Shown piece by piece: positions 41,013 to 55,283 of a stretch of 64,000 nt of DNA (its first letter is position 1; each line of letters begins with the position of its first letter). A model generated the notes under the pieces. It saw nothing but the letters and a program-made list of their open reading frames with translations, was not told where the DNA came from and searched no databases. The translations under genes were made by a program, and so were the position numbers. Source of the stretch: Octopus vulgaris (lineage: Eukaryota); the NCBI GenBank assembly GCA_951406725.2, contig OX597814.1:21886001-21950000 (forward strand), in the 5' to 3' direction.

Positions 41013-44000
41013 CATGGCAGTGAGCTGGCAGAATAGTTAGCATGCTGGAAGAAATGCTTAGCAGTATTTCGCCTGTCACTACGTTCTGAGTTCAAATTCC
41101 GCTAAGGTCGACTTTGCCTTTCTTCCTTTCAAGGTTGATAGATTAAGTACCAGTGAAACACTGGGCTCAATGTAATCGACTAGTCCCCTCCCCACAAATA
41201 TGAAGCCTTATGCCTCCAGTAGAAAGGATTATTATTAGCATTCTATAGAGGGCTAGTGGAGGGAAAGTGCAACGACATCCTCTGGGAAACTCTGGGCATC
41301 GATGAGGATCAACTAACTGGTCTTTCGGGCTTGGGCCTATGGATAACTTCCAGAAATCCCTTGCCTGGCAGTACTACCGAACAGCGCTGCCTGTTCAGGA
41401 TAAACTTTACAAGCACAGAAGTGCTGCCAAACATTATAAGTTTGTCTTAAAATTTGGGATTACATAGACAGTATTTTACATAGAATATGGACAGTACCCA
41501 CGAGCACTATGTTTTGAATTTCTGCCATTTTTGGATTTCCTGGTATCTAAGCTAAGTAGCAATCAGCCCCTTTTGCTATCATTCCTAGGGCACCTATGAC
41601 AACAGGTAGTGGTTTTGTCTTGAAGTGCCACATTTTGTCAATTTCTGTTTCAAGATTGTTATACTTACCCAGTTTTTGGTAGGTCTTGACAGATATATTT
41701 ATGTTGATTGGGACAGCCATATCGATGAGACATAATTTTTGTCCTTCAGTATAATGTCTGTCCTATTCGCATCTATCTTTGTGTCAGTTTGAATGGTGAA
41801 GTTCCAGAGGAGTGAGATGTGGTCATTTTCAAGCACTTAAAGTGGTTTGTGTTCCCACTAGTCTTTATCATGGGGTAGGCCCAAGTCTTTGCAAATTACC
41901 AAGTGAATATACTGTGCTGCTCTATCATGTTTGTTGAGATATTCTGTATGCACAATAGCAATCACATAACTGCTTATTCCACTTCCCTACTAATAAGTTA
42001 AAGGAGGGTGGACCATGTGAATTCTGTTATCAACTTCACTCTTAGATCACCCTGGGTAACAACTGGTTTGATTTCTCTGGGATATTTTTCATGGAAGCAA
42101 CAGAATATCCACCACCCTAAATTATTTGTCATATACCATGCAAATACCATGTTGCTAGTAAAATATACAGTTTCCATCCAATCCATGTTTTGTTTTTTAA
42201 CTATTAAGTTTGTCAATTATACCTATCTTGGAGGGCCTGCCAAAGGCAATGGGCAGAGTACTTTTTTCTGGACCAAAACCTAATAAAAATTAATAAGCAT
42301 AAATGAATAAATCCCCACCTTAATGTTCTTTTCATCCCACTAGCATTGACACAGTATATATATACCTGAACTAGATATATTCTTGTATTTGATTTAAACT
42401 TTTTAGACACCTGTTTGACTTGTACCACAGACAACACAGAATGTATGCCTTTGGTGAATAGGATCAAATAAAATGTACCCAATGTCATACAACAGAACTC
42501 AATATATTCTAAACATCATTGATAATGAAAAGCATCTTCTTTGAGTATTCTTAATATGAAATGTTTTCTTGTGAATTATTACTTTTTACACCACAATTTT
42601 TTTTTCTTTTAATCACTGCTAAAAAAAATAATATTTAAAATTTTTAAATTTCTATGTAATATCTAATGAACAAATTATTAAATTTGCTATATATATTCTA
42701 CATTTTTAATTATCATTTAGGTAAAGGATTGATTCTAGTCTCCAGTGTACTTGAAGGAGATTTTAGAAAAACGTTTGCTAAATCTCAAGCTGCTAAACAA
42801 GTAAGTTTATTTCAGAATTTTTAAATTTAACCATTTTGATACCAACCTACCTGAGGCCATCCTTGGTTGAATGATACAAACTTCCTGCTTTTAAGACCTT
42901 CTATCAAAATTTTATGTCACTTTATGTTCCAAAAACTAATTCAGTAACAAAGTTATTTTACTAAATTATGCATTAATTTCAATATTAATTGAAATAAAAA
43001 CAGTATTTTTCAACAGAAATATCGTAACAAAAGGGTTAAAGCAACTGCATTTGATATTAGACATTGGAGCATGATCGTTATCTGCATGGCCTTACTAGCA
43101 CTTGTGCTGGTGGCACATGAAAAAACATTCAAGCAAGGTCGTTGCCAGTGCTGCTGGACTGGCTCCTGTGCAGGTGGCACATAACAAGCACCATTTGAGC
43201 ATAGCCATTGCCAGTACTGCCTGAGTGACCCACGTGCCGGTGGCATGTAAAAGCACCCACTACACTCTCGGAGTGGTTGGCATTAGGATGGGCATCCAGC
43301 TGTAGATCAGATGGAATCTGGTTTGCCAGACCTCAGTCAAATCATCCAACCCATACTAGCATGGAAAGCGGACGTTTAACGATGATGATGATGATAAGTA
43401 CCAATTTGAGATGGAAAAGTGCAGAAGTTCATAGATAAGACATGCATTATGTATCTATTGCTAATTGGGTACACACCGTTGATACACAGCTGGAATCCTG
43501 TCAGTAAGCTTGTTGCCCTTTATGAGGGTGGAGGCTGAAAAGTTCCTGGCTTTAATGGTATTGCAAAAGGCCTGGCTGGAGGACCAACATTCCAATTTCT
43601 TTTACAGGGCTTAGAAAAACTGAAGGACCACTGCAATAAGTGTGTGAATCTGAGAGGGGAATATCTTGAATAAAACCATAATCAATTGATCCTTCTGCAT
43701 TTTCTTTTACCCAAAATCAGGAACTTTTCAGCACCCCAGAAATATTTCAAATTGGTTGCAAAAATCTTATAAGTTAATTTATTCATAATTATATTTAAAT
43801 CTTTCAGTTATTTATTAATCTTTTGTATGCACCCTACTTAATAGGGTCATAGGGTAAAGACCCCCCCCCCAGTCATGAATGACCATGGGATCACACCTAG
43901 AAAGCTACCCTCCTAGGCACAAGTCCAGGCAAAATTGGTTATGCAAGACCAGCAGTCGTCCATGCATACCAGCCTCCCTTCTCCATGCCATCAATGTTAC

Positions 44001-45573
44001 CCAAGGGAAAGGCAAATGCCGATACAGCTTGGCACCAGTGACATCACAACTCATTTCTACAGCTGAGTAAACTGGAGCAACATGAAATAAAGTACCTTGC
44101 TCAAGAACACAACAAATAGCCCGGTCCAAAAATCAAACACACTACTTCATGATTGTGAGCCTGGTACTCTAACTGTAGAACCATGCACCTAATGAATGAT
44201 TTTATTGCTGCTTTATGAAATATCTGTCTCCAACTCAGTATTACTGCAACTAGAAAGACAGTAAAGGGGTTCTTAATTATGATCCCTAAAAAGGTTTTAA
44301 GACAATATAAAATAGAAGTAATGACATTCTTGATAAGAGTAGGTGTATGTGGGGGTTCAGTAGTTTACTTTTCAAACCTCTATGGTTCTAGGTGTAATCT
44401 CACTCTTCACAGCTTCGAACATATGCAGTGTCACATAAAAGCACCTAAGCAGGGTACGTAAAAAGCACCCATGTGACACCACATAAAAACAGCCATGTGG
44501 TACTACATAAAAGTGCCACTTTGGTGCCACATAAAAGCACCCAGCACACTTTGTAAAGTGGTTGGTGTTAGGAAGGGCATCCAGCCATAGAAATCATGCC
44601 ATATCAAACTGGAGTCTAGTGCAGCCACCCCCCACACACCGTCCAACCCATGCCAGCATGGACAACAGACGTTAAATGATGATGATATATATATATATAT
44701 AGGGGTAAAATATGAAAAATCAACGAAAATGCACCTTGCAAATAGAAAAAGGTTATTTATGACAGGTAACGACAAATATATACATTTAGATTGACTGAGG
44801 TAGTAATATGAGTCATAAATATCATTAATATGAGATGATTATAAGATGATAATAAAGTAAGAGAACAAAACGAACCATGGTTTACGCAAAGCTATTCATC
44901 ATTTGAACAACACCGGTTAATACATGGTGTCAGGTCTAATAGTTCCTGAGAAAAAAAATTATTTGTAAGGGAGGTAAGTAGTTCTGGATTATTTGTAAGG
45001 GAGGCTACTATATATATAGGAAGGGCATCAAGATATAGAAACCATGCCAGAACGGACAATTGGAGCCTGGTGCAGTTCTCTAGCTGGCCAGCTCCTATTA
45101 ATTCATCCAATCCATGCCAGCATGGAAAATAGACATTAAATGATGATGATACACACTCAGAAACACACACACACAAACACATATGTATATCCTTCATTCC
45201 TCATTATTTAATGTCCACAGCTGGCAACAACCAATGCCCAATGCCTTCCTATCACCAACCCACTCCTGTTTCAAACAAAGCAATGTTACACATGGCTAGG
45301 TATGTTTTACAAGGGTGACTGGCTAGAAATAAACAACACTGTTTGTATGCTGGTGATCCATAATATCAAGACAGGGATGTGTGTGTGTGCACTCATGCAC
45401 ACACACACACACACACACATACACACATGAATATACAATGGGCCTCTTTCAGTTTCTGTTCACCAATTCTGCTCACAAGACTTTGCTTGGCCCATGGGTA
45501 TAGAAGCAATGGGACTGAACCCAAGACCACATGATTGAAAAGCAAGCTCCTTAACCACACAACCACATCTGTG

Positions 45574-45627
<54 letters not shown>

Positions 45628-46020
45628 TAGCAGTATCGCCCGGCATTGCTTGGGTTTGTAAGGGAAATAACTATATAAGCAATTTTAGAGAGTTATAGCC
45701 AAAAAATAGCAAAAAGATGCATTAAAAATGGGGAAAAAATTATGGTAAATTTTTGTTTAAATCGTTGACTCATCGTAGACATTTTTAGAGAGTTACTTCC
45801 CTTATATAATAGCGAAAAAATGCATTAAAATGGAAAAAATGATGGTAAATTTTTTTTTAAATCGTAGACTCATCGTAGACGCGCGCTAATACCCAGAAGG
45901 GCTCGATATGACTCACGACTATAAGATATCCGGTTTTGGTTAAACTGCACCGCAAAATGTGGGAGTAGTTAGGAATCTAAATCGTAGGAGACAGACACAC
46001 AACCTGTCTTTTATATATAA

Positions 46021-46057
<37 letters not shown>

Positions 46058-49000
46058 TTTCATGCTCATATATGTATCTATGTGGAAGTTTATTTTTAGC
46101 TAAATATTTCTCCATAGAACAAAACCAAATTCTAACTCATTTTCTAACTCAAACTCTAATCATTTTCCTAAGTAGTTACAAAATGAAGTGGTTAGGATAC
46201 AATGTGCTGGATACTCTTTTAGAGCAAAGAATGGCTTAAGTTTATCATTTCTCACTCATAAACCCCAGTCAGCTGGTGGGAGAATGGTGCAAGCTCTCCT
46301 ATACAGTTGTTATCATCAGAGATTCAGGATATGAAGTAATGCAAGATCATAAGCTCTGAGAAGGAGATGTGAGATCTGATTGGATGTGATCCAGGATGTC
46401 CTCATATGAAAAGTGAGAAGTGCAAGGATTGGTCACCAGTTTCAACATAATGGAAGGAATAATCCTTTTGTAACCTTATTTGTATTGAAATATTCACATC
46501 ATCATCATCAGTTATCATTTGTTTTCCATCTTGGCATGGGTTAAATGGTTTCATAAGATCTGACAAGGCCAGGAACCGCACCAGGATCCATAGTCTGTTT
46601 TGACTTGGGTTCTACAGTTGCATGCCCTTCCTAATGCCAACCACTTTATAGAGTGCACTGGGTGCTTTTTATGTAGCACCAGTACCATTGCTTTTTACAT
46701 GGCACCAGCACAAGTACTTTTAATGTGGCACTATCATCAGTGCTTTTTATGTGGCCAGTGTTTTCACTCAGACAGAGAGGACTTTGGTTGCCAATAGAGA
46801 TAAAAGCTCTCTGAACTTATTCCATCCTATTCTTATTCCAGTAATAACACTTTCAGTACATCCTCCTCCACTACTAACTAGGGCACCTAGGTAGCAAAAA
46901 TTACCAACTACTTCCAGAGAATCTCCAGGACATTTGAGGAAATCAATTTCCTGTGTATCTGTAGTCTTTATGGCTCCTGTGTATCTTCAGCATACAAATA
47001 CTACTTTCTTTGTTAACCTTCTTACTATTTCACTACACCCCTTTTTGTCTAGAGCCTGCACTGGGTACACCGAATGGAACTCCTACATACACTTTTCCTA
47101 CTTATCAAGCAGGGCCATTTAGCTGAAGTGGGTAGGGTCCTGTCTGTTTTCTTGTTTACTAGGATCTTGGTCTTTGCTAAGTTATCTGTATCTCTTGCCC
47201 ACAAGCAGTCTAGCTGAGGCTCCCCTCCATTGTACCTCTTGCACACAGCACATCTATTGCTCAAGCATTTCAACAATTTCATCAGACCTACCTTTCATTG
47301 CAACAATGTTGATTGTGGCAACTCTGAGCTTGTGAAAATGCTGAGAGGGGTGGGGGATGTTTTCAGCATGTGGAAAGAAGATCTTTGCAATCACTTGCCT
47401 AAAGGCAGCGGGTTTTATGCTTAGTGTAAGCAAGAACTTGTTGTGGCATAAGTTACAATTACAATTTCAATTTCCATCAGTTCCATAAAGCTTTTGTGGG
47501 ATGCAACTGCTACTGGAATGAGGGAATAGATAGGGTTGCAGAAGGGGAGTGGGATGTTTTTTTCATTATTATCAAAGCAAGAATTAGTTTTCAGCAATGC
47601 AGAAGGAGCTGAGCACACTGCGATAATATATAATTCTAAATTATCATCATCGTCATAGTATACATATATATGCATAAGCATACACATGTACACATAAGTG
47701 CACACATGAAAATGCATTACATGTAAAAACATGCATGTGGGTCCCACAGGATACTTATACACATACATGTACCACATACTCAAAAAAACAGTTCTCAGAT
47801 TCTATTATCATCATTTGCAATATCTAATATATGTAAATACACACACACACATACACACATATAACACACACACACTTGCATAATTAAGTGCACAAAAAAA
47901 ATCATCTTGAAAGTAATGAAGAATTTTATGGCATTCAATAAATCAACTAACTTTTCATTATTGAGCTGGTATTTGGAACCTAACTTAACATTAGGCTTTT
48001 AAATAAATTATGGAAAATTTTAATTTCAAATGAATATTTTAAAATGAGAGATGTGTCATAGTCCTGAAGGCAATTTCCAACACGTTATGAAAAGGTTTAA
48101 GTGGTCATTTGACCACAATCACAATGACTTTAACAAATCAGCCAATTTTTCCCATGTCTCATTTCTTTTTTTGGGGTTTTTTTTTTTGTTAATTATTGTT
48201 CTTTTTATGTTTTCTTTCTTTATAGGCACTTGATCACTTGATGGATACAGAAAATATTAAAGGTTTTGCAGATGTATTAGTGGCAAAAAGTGTGATTGAG
48301 GGGTTATGTCACCTGTGAGTACCCTTATAGACTTCAAATTAGAACATAAATTAATATTTTTTTATATCTTTATTTTAATTTTTTTTTTTCATCACCATCA
48401 TCAACATTTAACATCTATTTTCTATGCTGGCATGGGTTGGGTAGCTTGCCAGGAACTGGTAAGGCCAGGGGCCATGCCAGGTTCTATAGTCTGTTTTGGC
48501 TTAGTTTCTACAGCTGGATGCTTTCTTAATGCCACAGAGTGTACTAGGTGCTTTTTATATGGCACCAGCACCACCACCAATGCTTTTTATGTGGCACCTT
48601 GGTTTTAGGATTTCAGTTCTGTTGTGGTTGGTGGGTCTTTTCAAGTACCGCAATGTGCCACATATCTCAGTCCTCTGTCATCTCCTTCATAAGACTCAAT
48701 GTTTTGAGATTGGTCTTTAATACTTTGTCCCATGTCTTCCTGGGTCTCTGTCTTTCACGACTTCCCTCCACTTTATGTGAGTGGTGCTTCTTAATGCACC
48801 TCTCCTCATCCATCCATATCACATGACCATACCACTGCAGTCTTCTCTCTTGCACATTGCATATAGTTCTTCTTATGCCCAGGTTCTCTCCTAATACACC
48901 ATACTTGTGAAGGTGCATGACTCAGTGGTTAGAGTATTAAGCTCACAAGCATGAGGTAGTGAGTTCAATTCCGAGACCAGACTATGTGTTGTGTTCTTGA

Positions 49001-49325
49001 GCAAGACACTTTATTTCACATTGCTCCAGTTCACTTACCTGCAAAAATTAGTTGTGATGTACATTATTTACATTCGATGGATATTTGTCCTCATCTTGTT
49101 TATTGTTAACACATTTCAGCTGATATACCCTCCAGCCTTCTTCACGTGTCTTGGGGAAATTTCGAACCTGGGTTCTCATTCCTAAGGTATTTTTCAATGT
49201 TATTATTATTATTGTTATTGCTCAGGTCACTGCTTGGAATTGAACTCAGAATCTTAGGTTTAAGAGTGCGGACTACTAACCCTAAGATTCTGAGTTCAAT
49301 TCCAAGCGTTGACCTGAACAATAAC

Positions 49326-49356
<31 letters not shown>

Positions 49357-52300
49357 TCGAAAAATACTTTAGGAATGAGAACCCAGGTTCGAAATTTCCC
49401 GAAGACACCTGAAGAAGGCTGGAGGGTATATCAGCCGAAACGTTGCGTTAACAACAAACAAACAAGATGTGGACAAATATCCGTCGAATATAAATAATGT
49501 AAATAATGTACATAATTCCTCATCTCTTAAATATAGAACTGTATTAGTTGTGATGTCACTAGTACCTAGCTGTATCGACATTTGCCTTTCCTTTGGATAA
49601 CATCAGTGGTGTGGAGAAGGGAGGCTAGTATGCATGGGCAACTGCTGGTCTTCCATAACCAATCTTGCCCAGACATGTGCCTTGGAGGGGAACTTTCTAG
49701 GTGCAATCCTATGGTCATTCGTGATTGCAGTGAGTCTTTACCCTTGTTGCATACTGACATTGCACATCCAATGAAACATACTAGCTTCCTGAAAATAGAC
49801 TCTGAACATAACTTGACACTTTAGCCACTATCGTCACTATCTGCAACCATACAAACATGCAGGCACTAAGCATCTCACTGAAATATATCACACAATTATT
49901 GTTCTCTATTCACTGGCTATACTTATCAGAAACTTGACAAACGTAAATGGAGACATTGTGAGACCACACCCTTGAAGTCATAAAAGTATTTCCTCATAGC
50001 TGAGGTTTCTTCAACATCTGCTGATAGAGAAACTTTCTATTTTTTTTTTATAGAAAATGCAACTGTACCCAACACAAGAATATCATCATCATCATCATCC
50101 TATAATGTCTGTTTTCCATGCTGGCATGGATTGGACTGTTTGACTGGAGCTGGCAAGATGGAGAGCTACTCCAGGTTCCAGTATGAGTTGGCTTGGACTT
50201 TATGGTTGGATGCCCTTCTTAATGCCAACCTCTTTACAGTGAGTGCTGGGTGCTTTTAATGTGGCACCACATGAGCACTTTTATGTGACACTGGCATGAG
50301 TACTTTTTATATGGCACTGGCACAAGACACTTGCAGGCCAATCCTCCTCACTAAGGAGAGCAGCCTTATCACATTCCCTCCACACTTTGTATGTAAACTC
50401 AGCAATGATATTAGATTTTAAATGTCATTTCAAAAGCTTTCATTAATATCATCATAATCATCATTTCATGTCCACTTTCCATACTGGCATATGCTGGATG
50501 GTTCAACAGGATCCAATCTTATAAGCCTCTTGTCCACTTCTGGCTTTCTCAATGTACTACTTGTACTTGTGACAGCGTTCACCCAGGGCGGGTTGAGCCG
50601 GCTTCTTCTCTGGTCCTGACGGCATTACAAACCATGGCGGTCCTCACTCAACAGTCCTGAGTGAGGTCACTGGAGATTGCAGATATTCACGGTTCCATCT
50701 GCAGACCTGAGACTTTGGAGAGGTCCTCTTTTATTGTCATTGCCCAAGTCTTTAGCTGCCCGCCCGTGCGTTTGCGCCAGTTGGGAAGTGGAGGTGGGAG
50801 GAGAACATCGCAAATCAGCTCACCCTCTGAACACCAGGCTGCATGACCGAATCTCCTTAAGTGCCGTTGTACAAGCACCAAAGGGAGGGGCCGGAGATTC
50901 AGGTGATGATGAAGACCGGCTGTAGGAACCCGATCTATGCGTCGGCAACGAAGAAGGCAGCAGAGACATTCATTGTCGAACACCTCCAGCCTTCGCTAAT
51001 CGACTACCCTCATAGGCTATGTTTCCCAACCATAGAGGAGGATAGCATGAATGACGGCCTGGTAGATTCGCCCTTTGGTCACTGAGGAGATCTCTCTTCT
51101 GTCCCACAGGCACCACTGGAGGCACACGAATGTAGATCTGGCAGCACCTATGCACTTTCTAAATGATCACCAGATCACAGAACAACAGACTTTCTAAATG
51201 TTGACAAATGCCAAGTACAGTGATTTACTCTAAGCTGAATACTTCTGCAGTAACCTCACTAAGAAGATGGCATCAGCAGTATTTCTTCCTGTATTTTTCC
51301 ATAACTTTCATAACTGGGCACAGAAATTTGATACTCCTAAAATTACATCTTTCTCTACTCTTGTAGCAATTGATTATGATTCTGCTATGCCAGTCATTGG
51401 GTATGACATCTTACTGTATAACCTGAATGACTGACTGTACAATGACAATGTCATAATCTAGATATTTTTATTGTGCCTGGGGAGAGTCATTTTCTTTTTT
51501 TGTCTTATAATGTAACACACTCACCGGTAAAATTTCCACTTATTTCTTATTTTTATTTTCCTAAAGTTTTCGTTGCAACCTTTTCAATAGTTTTGAAAGG
51601 CAAAAAAAGAAAATGACTCTCCCCAGACACAACAGAATATGCTTCAACACACGAACTCATATAAAAAATCTTGCAAACCAAATCCAAAAACGAAAAAAAA
51701 AAAGATATTTTTAAGTTTTCACTTGTATTTATGTTTTAGTCAGAAGAGGAAGACCATTCCTTTTTAGAGTCCCCAAGAACTGGTAGGAGGGAAGGAGAGA
51801 AGTTCTCAAACCAAAGACCTGGTTCAGATGTATGCAAAAGAGTACACTCTTCTAAAGGCACCTAAGAGCCAAGTGGTGGTGTTTAACTGGCCAACCATTT
51901 ATGAGGTGCATTCGAAAAGTATTTGACTTTATTTTGTCCTACCAAAACTAATGCCTATTTCTTTATTACCCACAAGGGGCTAAACACAGAGGGGACAAAC
52001 AAGGACAGACAAATGGATTAAGTCAATTACATCGACCCCAGTGCATAACTGGTACTTATTTAATCGACCCCGAAAGGATGAAAGGCAAAGTCGACCTCGG
52101 CGGAATTTGAACTCAGAATGTAGCGGCAGGCGAAATGCTTAGCGGTATTTCGCACAGCGTGCTAATGTTTCTGCCAGCTCACTGCCTTAAAAATTTCGCG
52201 GTCAGCCCGAGGCTATAGTAGAAGACACTTGCCCAAGGTGCCACACAGTGGGACTGAACCCGAAGCTATGTGGATGGTAAGCAAGCTACTTACCACTTAG

Positions 52301-55243
52301 CCACTCCTGCGCCTATGTGGACAAAATCTTACCACATAGCCACTTCTGCGCCCATGTGGGCAAAATCTTATGAGGGCAGTGACACCACCCTTCCTGCAAA
52401 TGCATGGAAATTTTTGCACTGGTAGGCCATGCCAGTTCTCAGCTGCTACTCCTAGTGTACAGACATGTAGTGTGTTCACTGGATTTTCATTTTCATGCAA
52501 GATAACTGAACACATTGAGCAGAGGTATTGTATCAAGTTAGGTGATACTCAAGCTCAAACCATCCATAAGATTCATCAGGCTTTTGGTGATAATGCCATG
52601 ATCAAGTAGTGATACGACCACTTCAAACATGGCTGCATCTTAGTGGAGAGTGAGGCATGCTCGGGTAGACCATCCATGAGCCAAAACAAGAAGCCGATTG
52701 AGAAGGTCCAGCAATTAGTTATGGAAGACCAACGTGTAACAATCCAGAAAATTGCTCACAAAGTGGGAATAAGCACAAGATCAGTGCATTCCATATTAAT
52801 GGAGGATTTGTATATGTGGAGAGTGTCAGTGAAATTCATCTGCAAGGTGCTGCTGGTGGAGCACCTTGGGAAAATAGTTCAGGACATGCTAGATTGTGCA
52901 AACCATGACCCAGGCTTCATGAAAACCATCATCATTGATGATGAAACATGGGTTTATGTTTATGACCTGGAAACCAAGTTCTGGTCCTCTTGATGGATGC
53001 ATCCATCATCATCGAGGCCCAAAAAAGCATGACGGGTTTGCAGCAATGTGAAGATAATGTTTCTTTAACACATGTGGTATTGTGCATCAGGAATAGGCAC
53101 CACAAAGCCAAACAATCAAGGAGGAAACCTATCTGGAGGTTATACATCACCTTCATGATGCTGTGTATTAAAAGTGGCTAGACATGTGTGGAGAAGTATT
53201 GACAACTTCACCATGACAATGCACCCATTCACTCCACCCACATAAACCAAGCTGTCCTCATCAAGAACACCATGCCAATTGTTCAAAAGGCTGCCTATTC
53301 TTCTGATTTAGCACCATGTGACTCCTAGCTCTTCCCCTATCTGAAAACCTCACTGAAAGCAGTTTGAATCACGAGAGGGAATTATGAAAAAAGTAATATC
53401 AAAGCTCCATAGCATTCCAAAGAACTGCTGAGAAAAGTGTGTGAACTCCTAAAGGGAGTATTTTGAAGGTGATTAAATAAAATTTGTGAAATGTACAATT
53501 TCTGTTTTTTATACCCAAAGGTCAGATGCTTTTCGAACTCACTTCATACAACACTTCCAGTCTCTACTACTATAGCTCCCTCATATTATACCCATTGAAA
53601 ATCATTCTCTACTATTACCAGTCCTCTATCCATCTTCCCTGATGTATTTCATTTCCTACACAATGTTATAAGTAATGTAGTTAAGTACCATAGTACTTAA
53701 TGTGGATCTATCAAGAAAACTTCAATTAACCATAATTGTAACCATATTAAGGGAAAACATTGTTGAACAATACTTAAGTACTTTACACAATTGTTTTTTC
53801 CTGAATTGCATCTCTTAAAATCTCCCTACTTATAATTTCCCTACAGCCAACTGTTGAAAATAAATATTAATGAGTCTACTCCACCCAAGTTATCCTTTTT
53901 CTGTATATAATGATTAGAGCCTTGAGTAGCTCAAGCTATTGTCCAGATACAGACAGAGACAGATATATGACACACACCACAAGAAAGACAAAGCAGTCAG
54001 TTATAAAAAACTGCATAACTACTTTCTTGGTATATCATTGCTTTGACTTAGTATCCAGTTGACGATGACTTAGTTTTTCAGCGAATTCATAAAATATGTG
54101 CTAATGTTTTTCAACAGTTGTACCAACTGTAATTCTTTCTCCTACAAAACTACCCATGCATGTAGCCAAAACATATTAGATGCATGCTCACACGTATACA
54201 TATACACTATTGTTCATTTTATACCTGTTCTCCTTTTATACCTGAGGCATTATTTTAGACCAAGACATTCTTCCAGTTACTGACTCTTACGTAGTTTACA
54301 AGTAAGGGATACCTTATTCACCGCATTTTGAGATGTGTTACGCCACTGGATGATCCAATGATAGGAGAAATAACAGTAACATCACAGTTCACAGCAGAAC
54401 AATATTTGGAGAACTCCAATTATGCACATATGCACATAACCACCGTACACATGTATACACACACTCATACACATACACACACACTGGGCTTCTTTGAGTT
54501 TTTGTCTGCCCCAAACCACATGATTGGGAAGCGAACTTCTTAACTACACACCCATACCGGCATCATATTATATATGTGTGAGTGTGCATGATAAAAAGGC
54601 AGATATTAAAGTATTAATGGCTTGCATTAGGAAATGCATCCAATCATAGAAACCATGACAAATCAGACTGGAGTCTGGTGCAGCTTGCCAGCCCTGGTCA
54701 AACCATCCAACCCATGCCAGCATGGACAACAGACGTTAAATGATGATGATTATGAGTTACACTCTTCAAACACTAATAGATTGATACTCTGAGTTTCTAA
54801 GTATCTAATCATAGTGTTTGCAACAGATCAGATTTATCAGATTGGGCTACAAGTAATGAATTACTCTAATTTCCAGAACTGTACAGCCCCCTTTTTACCC
54901 CCCACTTTTCTCTTGTTGTAATTTTGTAAAAATCCAACTGAATATGATATTAAACAATTGACTATGAAATTTGAACCAACCTACAGGCAACCGTTATGCA
55001 TATATTTCTTTAAAATTTACCTGCAAACTTTTCATTTTTAAGTAACCCAATCTTTCATGCTACTTTTTATGAAATTGTTCTGGCAACTCTGTTACATAGG
55101 AAACTCATTCTTAAGATATTAAAAGTTTTTTTGTTTTTCTCTTGCCTTTTTTAATACCAAACAGTATTTTTACATCTTATATTCAAATTTAGTGAACAAT
55201 GCTGGAGTAATTTAAAAACTGAATGATAAAAAATATTTTCACT

Positions 55244-55283
<40 letters not shown>

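Larger units (their letters stand above)
48907..49743 (+). mobile_element. Family F SINE interrupted by a family E insertion
   Basis: tRNA head at 48907-48975; alignment to 43850-44190 resumes after 49556. Confidence 0.8.

Noticed and set aside
46930-47600. Coding-like stretch on the minus strand (also 26990-27400)
   Set aside because: No recognisable motif or splice context; probably decayed transposon sequence, but it cannot be supported.
49142-49412. Mirror-image 88-aa ORFs on both strands
   Set aside because: They result from the inverted repeat; the poly-L/poly-N runs come from (AAT)n.
52495-53475. SETMAR-like host gene
   Set aside because: No SET domain, many stops, and it is enclosed by mariner TIRs.
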